Assembly (NCBI GenBank): GCA_903813345.2 | Contig: CAIIXF020000001.1 | Span: 8,122,001-8,186,000 of the forward strand | DNA from: Owenia fusiformis | Taxonomy: Eukaryota | DNA: 64,000 bases | Direction of reading: 5' to 3' | In this document: positions 24,401 to 37,328 of the stretch, in pieces | How the letters are laid out: each line of letters starts with the position of its first letter | Numbering within the stretch: position 1 is the stretch's first letter | The notes under the pieces: model-generated | The model's database searches: none | What the model saw: the letters and a program-made list of their open reading frames with translations, nothing else | What the model was told of the DNA's origin: nothing | Position numbers and translations under genes: made by a program

Positions 24401-26768
24401 AAAGCTGATTATGTCACAATTAATTATGCGTTGTGAAGTATCAAAAACTTATAGCACTTATAAATGTAATGGATTGATTTTCGATTGAATAATCATTTTA
24501 CCATATTAACGTTTTCTTAAAAGTGATGAAATCAGTCACTTTTTCAAATGTGATGGCTCATTTATTGAAATCTGCATGTAAAAACTGGTTATCCATGAAT
24601 ATAATATTAAATATTATTCATACCACTTATTCACACATAGCAAGCAATGCCTCGTAGTATCAAATACCAGCCAATCAGAAAACAATATTTCAAATAGTCT
24701 GCATTCTTGAATTTACAACCAAGCACTGGCTATTTTGATATTCTTTGATTCAGATTCATCAATCTTATAATTTCTTTTAATTTTTTTTAATTTAATTAAA
24801 TATTTAATGAAAACACATAATGCAATCCTGTGCTAAGGGCTAATGTGAAAAGTCAGTAGACCCCACTGGGGATCGAACGCACGACCCATCTTTTGCAGGT
24901 CTAATGTCAAATGGTTTGTGTTGGCCTAGTTATGACCACCTAACCTTGAAACCCTTGAACTTTCTTTGCAAAATATTCTTTTAGTGGTACAGAACAAAAT
25001 CTTTTGCAATGTGTGAAAAGAAATTAAGCATATGCTTCAATGAATTGTGAATGATTTAATGCACTGGTGTCCTAGACTTTGAATTTTGGCTGCTGCACTC
25101 ATTCAAAATCTGAAAAGAACTGAAACAAATTGAATAGTTGAATACTAGTACTTGATTAATTCCCTGGAAAAATTTATGTCATTCCATAGAATACGAGTAT
25201 GTTACACTTTTTAAAGAACAGAATATTTAACAATGATAAGATCTTATTTCCATGTATTTTTGTTTAGTTGTTGTCTTGCATAAGTTGTCTTATTACATAC
25301 ACATGATTGTAAAAAGTTACAAGCTCACTGGTACTCACCTAGTTACGCTGACGATACGTCAACGTAACAACGTCAGCGTAACAAGATGAAAGAACTTTCG
25401 GGCTTCGGTTTCGGTAAGATATCTTTATTTCTCGATTCTACACCACTTATAAGTCAAGTTGTGGACAATAATTTGGCTCAAAGTTAAGGAATATATAAGC
25501 ACAAATGCCAAAGGGAATGGTGACTAAAAACTTTAAAGAAACCCAACAAGAAAAGCAAACTGTAAGTGTAAATCTGTCATAAGAAAAGTAGACCCTATAT
25601 ATCCCAAAACCATTATCTAACTTGAAAAGAAACAATGTCTAACAGTCTAGAAGATAGTCTAGTTTGAGAATATGCAGGCGGTTCTATGTTTAGTATATTA
25701 ACGAATACGCAATTCACATATTTAGTCCCTCGCTTTTGTTACGTTGACGATCTTCATGAATATTGTCACATTATAATAATGCCACATTTTCGGGAAATAG
25801 TGTAAAAAGTTTCCCTTCGGGAATATCCTGTCCACTGACTTTCCTCGGGAAAAATATTTTGCACTATTTCCCTCAATGGCAGTCACTATTTGTAAAAGCA
25901 TATTTGAATTAAGTGTCAAGTTTTCACAAATAATAGATTTGATTTACACAGTTATGTCATTGTAATCATTTTCCATGACATTTAAAAAAAACTTGGGCCA
26001 AATCTCCATTGGTGCAATGGTAAAATTCATTAAAACTTTGGCTTATTCGTATGACAACCAACATTTTCATGTTTCATCACAATATGCACATTGACAGGGT
26101 CATCCAATAGTATGCCATTCGAGTTTCAGACAGATTCAACCAACACTTTTTGATAAATCATGAAATTATGTGACTATTTCAAGTTTCTAGCATTGAAGTG
26201 AATGGAGGCCTAGTCCAAGAATATCAAAGACAAACAAGGGTGACATCTATTATGACAGCGTTATTCAGCTATTTAGAAACAATTGATTGAAAATAAGTTC
26301 CAGGGTATTTTGTTAATAAACTATGAGATGCAGTTGTATCTAGTTCTAGACTACACTTACTGAAAAACATAAAATATACCACAATATAGTTTACTTTTAT
26401 GTTAAACTTATGAATTAAATATATGAATACACATCATCATTGGTGGACAAAATAAACATAAATAAATAAAAAAAAAATCATAGTATAGTGTCTAAACTAT
26501 GATTATACATTTCTCGTTGTGTTCTACAGGTTGACCAATTAGCAGAAATAAATACAGTGTAGTAACAAAATAATGGGTGCCAAGTTAATTAAGTAATTCT
26601 AATCTACTATTACTACAGCACACATGGTGTATGTACCCTTTATAACACATCTTTATCTCTGTCATAACCAACTTCATATTTACCTTCACTTTGTCCATCA
26701 GCTTTGTGGAGACTTGCCATTAGAAATGTGCAAAAAATCACACAAACCAAACTTTGAGACATTGCCAT
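21454..26768 (-). CDS. Family B (secretin/adhesion/Methuselah-like) GPCR with somatomedin-B-like Cys-rich ectodomain, ~906 aa, 2 coding exons
   Basis: Exon 26684-26768 encodes signal-like MAMSQSLVCVIFCTFLMASLHKADGQSE with a phase-1 GTAAAT donor. It joins the acceptor TTATTTTGCAG to exon 21454-24089 (VICERG...), which has an SMB motif (SCKNKC..CLCTPKCYLYSNCCYDY..C), Y.NIFCAMCN/FKNAACALCNG repeats and 7TM motifs (TLPGK..MNL, C..IAV..HYFWL, YAWGMP, CWI, IMGFTW, NSLQGAFI). Confidence 0.88.
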
Positions 26769-27659
26769 GCCTGTCTGTGAGATGTCCTTAGCACAAGTTT
26801 TGCAAGTTGCAAATAAGTGTCCTGTACGCTTATTTTTATAACCTTTGATTTGTTTACGTTCAAGATTTGCTGTCTCAGCTGCTTGGTGATTAGTTTTTTG
26901 AAGAATATTTTAATAAGTTGAAGTAAATTAGCGTTGTTCTAGCTTTAGTAACATCATCATCTTCATTGCGTTTTTGTTATTCTGACTACTTGGACTGTTC
27001 CTGTGTTTATATATACAACGATAGACCATTGTGTAAAGCTTAATCCCTTTGGACTTCAATCATGATGGTTTCCTCAAATCCCAGTTCACTAATTATAATT
27101 TTGTTGATAGAAATTTCAAACTTAATTATTTATGATAAAATTTCAAGCATCCCAATTCATTTCTTTGAATCACGAAATTAATTCTATTTTGATTATGCAA
27201 AAGGAAAAAAATCTCGATGTGGCATGAACTTTAAGAAAAAATTGAAAACTGACATGATGTGATTTTGTTAGTAGTCCCCTGGTTACATTTACGCCCATGT
27301 GCATCTAGAAATGCTAATAAATCTACACCACCTACGAGTAAGTAGCAGGTGCAAGATATGAAACAATACATTGACTCACATAACCCATGTTGACCAATTA
27401 GTACTGAAAGAATTCCTCAAAGTTTAAAAACGCTTAATTGGAACTCGGGGGATCAGGGCAATGAGAGCACCTGATTATGGACATCATTGTTTTTGCAATA
27501 GGTGAAACTGGGACAGTCTCATTGTTTTTTTCAGGAGGTGAAATTGGGACATTCTTTGAAAAATAATCAAATCATCATTGTTTTTCATATGTTTACCACA
27601 AAGATAACACCATTTATAGAATTTTATTCTGTATACAAATGTATATATTTGTGTGGTAT

Positions 27660-30600
27660 TCATGATTCACAAGTTCTTGACTGTACAATAATAGCATCTC
27701 CTGAGTCGGAGCCAGCATTTAGTGAGAGTGTTTCAGTTTTTGATTGTAAAATGTCAAATTCGTTACTTGGACTGAGAGTCATTTTGTCAGTGTCTGCACT
27801 GGAATTCTCCTTAGTTTGAGAAATTGGTTTATTTAAGAGATCATTCTTTCTCAAGTAACAAGCTTCCTCATAAGGTGGGTTGATTGGGCCCTGGGTTGGA
27901 GGGTGGTATACATAATCTGCATCACTAGTTAGCTGAAATATAGGAATTACTTTGAATGAATGGATTATTTTAATACTCTGTCAGCAGTACAAACTGTACA
28001 ATACAGTAAATCTCATATTATGTATATGGCATTATATAAAACATGAGATGTTCATTTTAGTTCTCCACAATCATATCTTTACAAATCTTTCCAATCTTTA
28101 TTTTCTCACTTTTAATTTCTGCCTTGGTCTTTCATATTTTTTTTTCAAAAATAAATCCACAATATTTTAATTTTCAAAATGATATCCCTTAACATTTGTA
28201 CCTGTTTTCCCTACTCCAGGTTATTTTAAAGGAATCAATCATTTCCACTAATGAATATTTATATATTCAAGGGTGATCGCAATTTCCAACTTTCATATCT
28301 TCAGGTTTTGGTGTTTTACAAAAAATAAAATATCTCAATCTGCATATCTTCATGTAATTCTTGATCGATATCCTTACAATAAAATAAAGGATATTGATGC
28401 TTTATATCATCCTCTGAACACAGGCTTCCAGAATTCATACCATATTGCTGGAAGAAGGATTGAATGTAGTGGATGATGTCTGAAGTCCTGAGTTCAGAGG
28501 AGGCAAAAGATTCAAATCAAACTTTCCAAATGACTGGTCAGCCACTGTTACTGTCAGCTTCTTTTTGTGAACTAGCAAAAATCAGTTAGCCATCATATCA
28601 CACAGTTGGTTTAATGATTTAGTAAAAATTTGCAAAAAAATTTTTTACCACTTTACATGATATCCTAGAATATCTCGGTGATGATTTATTAATAAGCCTC
28701 AGTCACATTTGCTCTACAACAGGCCTACAGCAGTCGTAGTCTCAATAAATCAATATAGAAAATCTACATCGTACTGCTTATTCCTATATTTTATGCTGCA
28801 TTTTTCTCTCGATTTTGGGAAGCTACAGCCACCGTACAGTTGCCGTAGATTATGTGTGACTGAGGCGTTAGTCACATTCACCTACCTTAAGGGGGTATGT
28901 CATATCAGAGTCATATGCACTGAGGTCTCCACATGCCAGAAATGGCACAATAACTCTATTCACTCCTTCTAACTGGTTAAAGTCAACATCTGGAAATGAA
29001 CAATTTATTCTACTTTACCCCTCTTCATTGTTCATAAGACAGATACACTTTACATTGAGAAGAAAATCTCACCAACATTTTGACCACCATATTAAGGACA
29101 AGAATTTGACAACTAGATTTTGTTCATGAAAAAAATTACTTTTGTCCGATAACTGTATTTTTCTGAAATGATGGTGACCATCTAGAATTTTGAGGAAAAG
29201 AATTTTGATACACAGCCAATCTGCGACATTGCCGTATGGTACTGTTTTGGAAATGGTACTGTAAGGTATCCATGATACCATGATATTAGAGTGTGGATTG
29301 GGGGTATACCCAAAACTTGAATAAAGTCTGATCAAGGGTTTGCTGTTAAGATATAGAAAAAAAGATAAGCAGAGAAATATGTGTTTATTTTACTTACCAT
29401 AATGGTGGTCAAGGAGTGGATTGGACATGTTGGGTACATAGCCCTCAGGGGGAGAGTAATTCTGGCACACAACAAAAGCCTCTGAAATACAAAATTGATT
29501 TTCAAGAATCGCATAACTTTGGAAAAAATTCAATCCAGGCATGGTGATTTGCTTTCCTTCAGTGTATGAACTGAAGTATAAAATATATACTACATGTACA
29601 TGTACATAAGGTATCACAGTTATCACCTAGATCAATAGACAGATGGACAGGCAGATGGAAGGACGGATGGAGGAAGGTGTTGTCTATTCCACTCAAACTT
29701 TGAATTATTGAATATGTTTGGGAGAATGTGAGCATTCATCAATACATTACCCTAAGTTCAAATAATCATAAAGTTCATATATTCAACGATCTTCCACCTT
29801 AAGCGTTTGCAGATAACGCACCTATACTTTTTTTATATTTTTTTTTTACGCACCTATACTTGAGTTCCTGCTGCTTCTGGGCTTTGCACATGTTACAAGA
29901 GGGAAGAATATCTTCAGTTGAGAATAAAGCAATGTGACATCCTTTCCTCGAAATATCTACAGAAATGGAAATGATTTATAAATATCTGGTGATAATTATC
30001 ATGTAAATACAGGGTGGTCAAAAATGGCACACTTGTATTTCAAAAATAAATATTGATTTTAATGATGAAAACCTGTCAAATTATATACCAGTTTAATTTG
30101 GTATATATAAGTTCAAATTTATTATACTGTCTGTCAACCAGCGTATATAATACAAGTGACCTGATTTTCATTTCAAAATAGGTTTTCCAAAACTTGCAAA
30201 AACCAAGTTTTTAGTCAAGTTTAAGCAGATGTTCAATATGTCTACCATTTTGATCAACTATAGCCCTCAATTTCGGCCTAAACTGGTCAATAGCATCATT
30301 GATGTTGAGACAGGGAATTCCAAGCTAGGCACACTCTCCTTGAAATAGTTGACTGTCTTTTGGAATCTCTGGCTTGGAGCACAATCCTGTTAGAAATGTT
30401 ATATCAGGAATCCCCCTAATCACTGGCGCCCCAGACCACCCGATGCTAATGTCTGTGACTACAACGTATAGGGAGAACTAAGACAATTGGTATACTATGA
30501 CCCCTATAAATCTATTTAGTTTAGGCCAAAATTGAGAGCTATAATTGATCAAAATGATGGACATATTAAGCATCTGCTTATATCAATAAAACTTACAAAA

Positions 30601-33600
30601 ATTTGCAAGTTTTTGGGAAAACTGTTTTGAAATGAAAATGACATCATTTGTATTATATTAGTATTATGGATTTTGGTAGACAAATATTATAATAAATTTG
30701 AACTTATGATAAACTGAATTAAAGATAATTTAAATTCCATATCCACTGGTATATAGTTTCATCAATAGAATCAATATCTAATTTTGAAATATGAGTGTCC
30801 CATATTTTAGACCACCCTGTACATATGACATAAGAATGAAATAAAGTGATTTAAACATTTAAGACTTATGCTTTGAAATGTCCTGTTTATTAACCATATA
30901 TGTATGAGTTACATACATCTTTTTCATTAAAACATTATTTTTCAATTAAAACTAAATGTTTTGTTAACTATAATGCAGTGTACCTTTGCTACAAAGGTTC
31001 CTCCCTTTTTCAGAACATGTGTTGTGATATTCAGTGCCTGAAGAAACAGAGACATCTATAAATGCATGTTATGGAATTGTATGGGAGTGGACGAGTCATG
31101 ATATAATTAGACAATTAAAATTGTTAACAAACTGATGTTTACAAAAGTAAGCTCATAAAAACTCAATCTATAGAAAAAGGTCCTTGATATTTTGATAGAA
31201 CATTTCCTGTATGAGGACATAAAACCAAAACACGTCAACCACAAGTGTATCATGATTCACCTGACAAATTGCAATTGGAGAAACACTCTTGAGGATACCT
31301 ATAGAGAAGGGCCACAGTGGATGTGTTTTCAAATGCAAAATAGAAAGAGAAAGAGCATGTAAAATAGCATGTAGTAGATACTCAGAAATATATAGAATGT
31401 ACAAAATTAGGCTGCTAATTCAAATTTTAGAGAGAAAAAGTGGAGCACAGGCAAGAATGAGTGATTTTTATTTTTTCATGGGAAAGCCCATCTGTGGTTG
31501 ATATGTATAGCTGAATATTTTTCCTGCCATCCTCCCAATAGGTTAATTATAAAATAGGAGGCTCTAGCATTTTATTCCCATTGCTAATTAATCTGATCTA
31601 CATGACTAAGTAAACAAACTGAGAACGACACACCCAGATCAAGTGAAAAATAAATGAAAAAATAATAATTTCTCCAGATAAAGATGAGTTGCAACACTAC
31701 TGCATTTATGCAGACCAGGCATGTATGGAATGTTTTCTGCTTCATTATTCGTATTTTACTATATGTATTCGTATATTGAACTTTTGAATTTGTTAAAAGT
31801 ACATTTATGTTTGTAACTTGAGTATTTTAATTCATTGTTTGTATTTTCTGTCTGTTAATCTAATTTGTTTCGTTAAAACGTATATGTAGGTGTTTTATAC
31901 AGAAATACATTCAAAAGTCCTCAAACGCATTTGTAAGTGACACATTGTATATCCGTATTCAAATAAATTTAAGTTCATGTTTTACCATTATCGTTGTTTC
32001 TGCAAATATATTAGTTTAATATCTACGAACTGAATGTCAAATTTATCAATGAATAAGTACTTGCCTTGGCATTTCATCTTTTAATTGTCGAATTTATTTT
32101 TGTAACAAGGTAACAAAAACTCTCGTGTCACGTGACCTATTTGTCTATTTGATACATCATATATGTATTTGTAACTTAGGCATTTTATTTGTAAATGTTA
32201 CATTAATATTCGTATAAGGGAATTTATTACAAACGAATAATGAAGCAGTTATGACGCTATAGGCACGGGCTTAATTAAGGATTTGAATACACCTATCTGA
32301 TGCCAGATATTAAAAAAGAGTTATTAGTAGTGTTGTGCTCAGGATAATTGGACTTTTCTCAATTCAGACCAGACCATCTACCATTTAGACCATTAATACA
32401 TAGTGTTCTCATTTTCAAATGGGTGCAAATGGGTTTTCAGGTGGGTATAAACATATTCTTAAAATTCCAAGAGGTAATGGTGCCCTCTTGTCTGTTATGT
32501 ATGCAGAACATACATTCACTTGCTTTAATGCTTTGGAGACTACTGACAGTGGAAACTCTACGACATTAAATTGTATACTTACTGCCAGCAATAACTGTGC
32601 TTGTATGTACTCATCAATATCATGTAGACCAGTCACTAAAATAAAGAAATCACAAACTTTATATATAGTCTGATGTTAATTACCTAGATTTCCAAATTGT
32701 TGTGGAAAAATATTGATTTTCACTTTAAAATTCACCTAATATACATAAAATATGTATAAATGCATTTGTATAAATTGAATAAATATCACCCAAATTGTAC
32801 TATTTTTTCCTGTGATCATATTCAGATGTTGATTACAGGGCCGGATATGAATGTGCATGTAGAGTACTCTGAAAATAGTTTCATTTGGTAGCTTTTTGGT
32901 AATATTTGTTCAATAAAAATATGTGATGATACAGCCATTTCCATGATATACTAGTACACATAAAAGGGGAATTTTGTCAAGAAATATAGTGAAAACTTTA
33001 TGCCAACGTGTAAAAGGGTCACTTGGAATAACTTTTAGTGAGTGATATTTTACAAATAACTTAAAAGATATAGGTAGCCTAGCCATCACCTTCTTGGATT
33101 TGCAAGCATTGATGAATTGATGTATGATGAACAATGAACAATGACTACCAAAGACCAATCCTGGGATGGAAAAGTTAGTATTACATGTATCTCTCTTTTC
33201 TATCTGGAAATATTCCATATCTCTAATTATCAATGTCTCGGGGGAAATCATATGGCAAATCACAATTTACATCACACTCCACTGTAACACTACACTCACC
33301 ATATATTACATGTACATACCTCACACTATTCAACATATATCATACTAATACTACAATGTAATATTGAATTGATTTAATAACGTTTTTAAACTTTACCGAC
33401 CGTCAATCTCTCTTTGGAAATAAATAATTTTAAGTGTTTTTATGTTGAGTAATTAGGAATAGGGTGTGAAAGTTGATCATTGGAATTCTGAAAATTTTTG
33501 TTTTTCATGTTTGTATTTTATTGTTTATTCACATTTCACTATTTTTTTGATGTTTTTTTATTGAGAAAAAGTTTTTGATCATCCAAAAAATGGTAACCTT

Positions 33601-36500
33601 CGCATCTGAGATGGCGGACTGTAATTGTCAATTTTTATATTTTTAGTTTTCATTGAATTAAACTACTTTTGGCAAATCAAGCTTATGTGACATGGGAAGA
33701 CATGGGAAGATATGGTTCAACTGTGGTGCCTATGCATGGTATATGAACAAATGATCATACTCCAGAGTTTCCATGTCATATGAGTTGATTAAGTTCAAAT
33801 ATCAAAGTATAACGTCAAGTATAAAGTGGTTTAATTCGACGAAAATAAAAAATATCGAAATTGACACTAACCATCCGCCATCTTAGATACGAACATTATG
33901 GCCGTTACCTTCACTTGATACTGACCAGTGACACGAGATCTCCAATTTTTACGTATTCTAACCAATCTTTTTCAAATCTGCATATTATTTTTTATCCAGC
34001 TCTCTAGATCCTTACCCATGGAATATAGTTATCTGATTCAATCAATTATTGTTGTCTAACCTGCCTTCGTAAACATTGCAAAATTAATTTTGTCCAATTT
34101 CATTTAGTTTCAATCTGGCTACCTTTAAGTTCCTTATCAGAATAAAAATGTTGACCAAAAATGGTTTTTGAGGAGACCAAACTTATAGAATTATAAAGCT
34201 TTTAACTTTGGCATACTTTCCATTTGTGAAATCTTCTAAAGTAACTTAAGAGGGGGGGGGGATCTCAAAGGGGGGTTCTAAGGAGACAAAGTCTAGAGTG
34301 TAAATGTGCATTGAGAAGACATTGTTGCTGATTGGTCAAATCGAAAGGCAAATGACGTCATTCAATGGTGAGTTGTAATCGGAAACTAGCTGGTGAAAAT
34401 TCAAACACGAAGGTGGTGAGCAAGAGATGTAACATGTCTGTCATCTCTAAGCTCTGGGGGTTTCCCTCCTCTTAAGAAGTATTATTGTAATATCATGCAA
34501 TAAATCTAACCATTTTTTCAGTATTCAAAAGAGATTTCAAACTGACATATAAATGTTGTAGAACTGACATTGCTCAAACATTAAAACACCACATCAAATA
34601 ATACTACTTTTCATCAAAATAGAGTAAAATTGAAGTGTCTGTCAACACATCTGTCATTAAGTTGTTATGGACATCATTGTGTCATTGCCTGGAGGTCACA
34701 GCCTTTGAAATTTTAGAAATGAATTCATAATTGCATTAGACATGCTGAAAATCTCAGCAAGGTTCCTTCAAATTTGACAAAATGGGAGCCTTAGCATCAT
34801 TTTTTTTTGACCACCCTGTATATGAGCAGTTGGAACTTTATTTTACTACATGTACATGTATTTAGATTTCTTGTTCAATTGCAGCCCTAAGGATACACGC
34901 ATTGCATAGTCATATTTTATTTGCTTGACATGTGTCAATACAACTACATACCATCTGGTGCTCCATCACACACCACAAGGTCTGCTTTGTCACCCTCAAA
35001 ATGCCCAATAATCTTGTGTGCTGTAGATAACTGAAAAAAAATATTGAGGTAAAAATCTGTAAATTGGGGAATATGATCTAATATGTATATTTGATTTACA
35101 GGGAGTGACAAAATTGCAAACAACATGTACTAGCCTAGTGACCTCACAATGTATTTCTTATGATCTCAAATAAAATTGCTCCCAAAAGATCCATTATTTG
35201 TAACAAATAGGTGAAGTTATTTAAGATTCAAAGTGCAAAATGGGGGAAATGTTTTAATTCTCCCAAATAATAAAACCACATTAAAGAAAAATGATACATC
35301 ATCGTAAAATTGTTTAGTTTTCCTCAAATAAAATATACACTATGAGGATTTTTAGAAAATAGACATGACAAGGAATGATATGAGCCAAAAATATTCTAAA
35401 ATTTAAGCAATTTTGTTAAGATTACTTGCTAAACCCAAAACTACCTTTAAATATAATATGTACCTAATATAGATCTCCTATTTTTAAATTCAATAACTGT
35501 ACATATACTTTCTGAAATGTAGAACTACATCAATAGATTTAAAACAATATGGACAATACCTTTGTAATGTCCCCTTGTATCTGAATCACACCAGGTATGG
35601 GTGCCATTGCCTGGAGATCCACTGCAACAATCTTGCTATCTTCACTGACAGAAGGACATTTGCCTGCTTCTTTACTAGCTCCATCAGTTATTTCCATATT
35701 TGTATTTGATTGCTGTATTTTTGAAACTAATTTTTCTTTGTGTCCCTCAGGATTTTCTATGACTGTTTCTGGGTTAGAGTTGTTTTGTCCACGAGGAGGA
35801 TCATTATATGCTGATGCAGTGGTGTTAACTGAAAGGCTTTCTTTGTTTTGAACAGACAGATCTTCCTTTGACTGAACTTTGCTTTTATCTGCCCTGTAAA
35901 CAACAATACCAGTACATGTAATTCATTCATCTGGAGTTCAATAAGTCAATGATCAATGTAAAAATATGCAAATTTGATTTATGCTCTAAAGTGAAATACA
36001 TGTACGAGTATAATTGATATGTAATAAATTGTAGAATTGATATGTATTAAATATTTAAGAACGTTTGTTCCCTGGGTGGATTAAATGGACAATCTTTATG
36101 AATGAGTTACAAGAATATGAAATTATTTTTTAAATGGGGGGAGAGGATCACAATCATCTACTAGTCTCAGTTGGCCCGAAATATTATGGACTTCAATTTG
36201 ATTGGTCCATTCAGAGTGATATGAGGGCCAAGAAATCTCGCATGAAATCTGGGCAAGGTACATGTACATTGTTCTTTACAGTGTTTGTTTCCCAATTAAT
36301 TGTACTCACTTTAGTTTCCTTGCTAAGACTTGACTCCAACTACCTGGTGCAGCACACAGATCTACTACTTTGTTGACGCCTTCAAATATGTTGAACTCTT
36401 CATTGATCTGTAGCAGTTTGTAGGCACTACGGGCTCTCCAACCTTCTTCCTTAGCAAGCCTGTAGTAGATGTCTCGCTTATCTTTTGATGAACGCCCCAT
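27660..36500 (-). CDS. FTSJ1: tRNA (cytidine32/guanosine34-2'-O)-methyltransferase FTSJ1/TRM7, 9 coding exons
   Basis: Exons 36310-36500, 35560-35893, 34952-35030, 32583-32635, 30984-31037, 29854-29956, 29398-29481, 28886-28989, 27660-27932 with consistent phases. Motifs [103 protein letters not shown]; the K-D-K-E tetrad is intact. Confidence 0.96.
30010..30819. mobile_element. Tc1/mariner-type MITE (TA TSD, CAGGGTGG ends)
   Basis: TA|CAGGGTGGTCAAAAATGG ... TTTTAGACCACCCTG|TA with long imperfect arms; related partial copy from 56378. Confidence 0.8.
33591..33897. repeat. Degenerate inverted-repeat element (MITE-like)
   Basis: TTCGCATCTGAGATGGCGGA..TGTCAATTT..GAATTAAACTACTTT mirrors AAAGTGGTTTAATTC..AAATTGACA..TCCGCCATCTTAGATACGAA. 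Confidence 0.6.
35150..35449 (-). mobile_element. Kolobok-like MITE family copy (reverse)
   Basis: AGACATGACAAGGAATGATATGAGCCAAAAATATTCTAAAA..CTACCTTTAA is the reverse complement of the left half of 55149-55521; the start is approximate. Confidence 0.6.
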
Positions 36501-36504
36501 CCTC

Positions 36505-36878
36505 TAGTCTGTCTATGTTTACAGTATGTCAATAATCTGCAAAAGGCTAATAAGCCCATATAAAGCAGTCACACATTCAACAGTGATATAATTTGAACAG
36601 AATACAATTTAAATAATATAAAATACAATCTAAAGAGATTGTAATAAAAAAAATCAGTTTCTACTATATCCCTCATGCAATCAGAGATAATACTGTTTTT
36701 ACATTATAGCAAGGGATTTTGTATTTGAGTTAGGTAAAATGAGTTGTAAACCATAGATCTATTTTTAAATGTTAAGGTTTTAAATTATATTCTATTCTAT
36801 CACTGTTAAATTATATATCTGCTTTATATGGGCTTATTAGCCTTTTGCAGATTACTGACATAGACATAGACATAGAGT
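36505..36878. repeat. Inverted repeat whose arm carries the splice acceptor of the FTSJ1 start-codon exon
   Basis: TGTCAATAATCTGCAAAAGGCTAATAAGCCCATATAAAGCAG (36527-36568) vs CTGCTTTATATGGGCTTATTAGCCTTTTGCAGATTACTGACA (36819-36860); similar text at 44513-44545. Confidence 0.7.
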
Positions 36879-37069
36879 TTTACTTCAATGATGGTTTATG
36901 GATTTTCTCCTGTGGGCGATAATTGAGTCATTTCAACGTGTTGATTTTGTTGAATTCAAATAAAGCATCCCGATGAGCAAAAAACGACACTTGGCGATTT
37001 AAACGAGACTTCTACTTAATTATGAATTATCTAAACAAATAAATAGATCGTGAAAGTATTGTTATATAC

Positions 37070-37328
37070 CTTATTGCATTGGTTTTGTGCTGTTGATCTT
37101 TTTTCCAATTTTATTGTACTTCCGGTACAGCGCACTAATTTAAAGTTTCTCATTTTCACTTTAGTCTGTTTTTCCGCATAATCACGCTATTCAGGCGTCA
37201 AAGTTCCACTTTCCTAAAATATTGAATCACATTCCACAGAATCTTGTGTATAAAATTAAATTTAATGAACAATGAAAGAGAAATATATTTAATTCGGATG
37301 TGTAGAAAAATAGTGTTGTTCGGTCAGC
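37070..37328. promoter_or_regulatory. Bidirectional promoter region FTSJ1/PUS3 with ETS-like motifs
   Basis: Putative FTSJ1 non-coding exon donor (AAG|GTATA on -) at 37069; ACTTCCGGT at 37118-37126 and CGGATGTG at 37295-37302; PUS3 ATG at 37329. Confidence 0.6.

Noticed and set aside
24858-24905. tRNA gene (B-box-like GTTCGATCC on minus strand)
   Set aside because: No complete cloverleaf or A-box; more likely a tRNA-derived SINE remnant.
25333-25440. Minus-strand GTGAGT donor with CpG-rich hairpin as a GPCR coding exon
   Set aside because: An in-frame TAA lies just before the donor; at most a non-coding alternative exon, unsupported.
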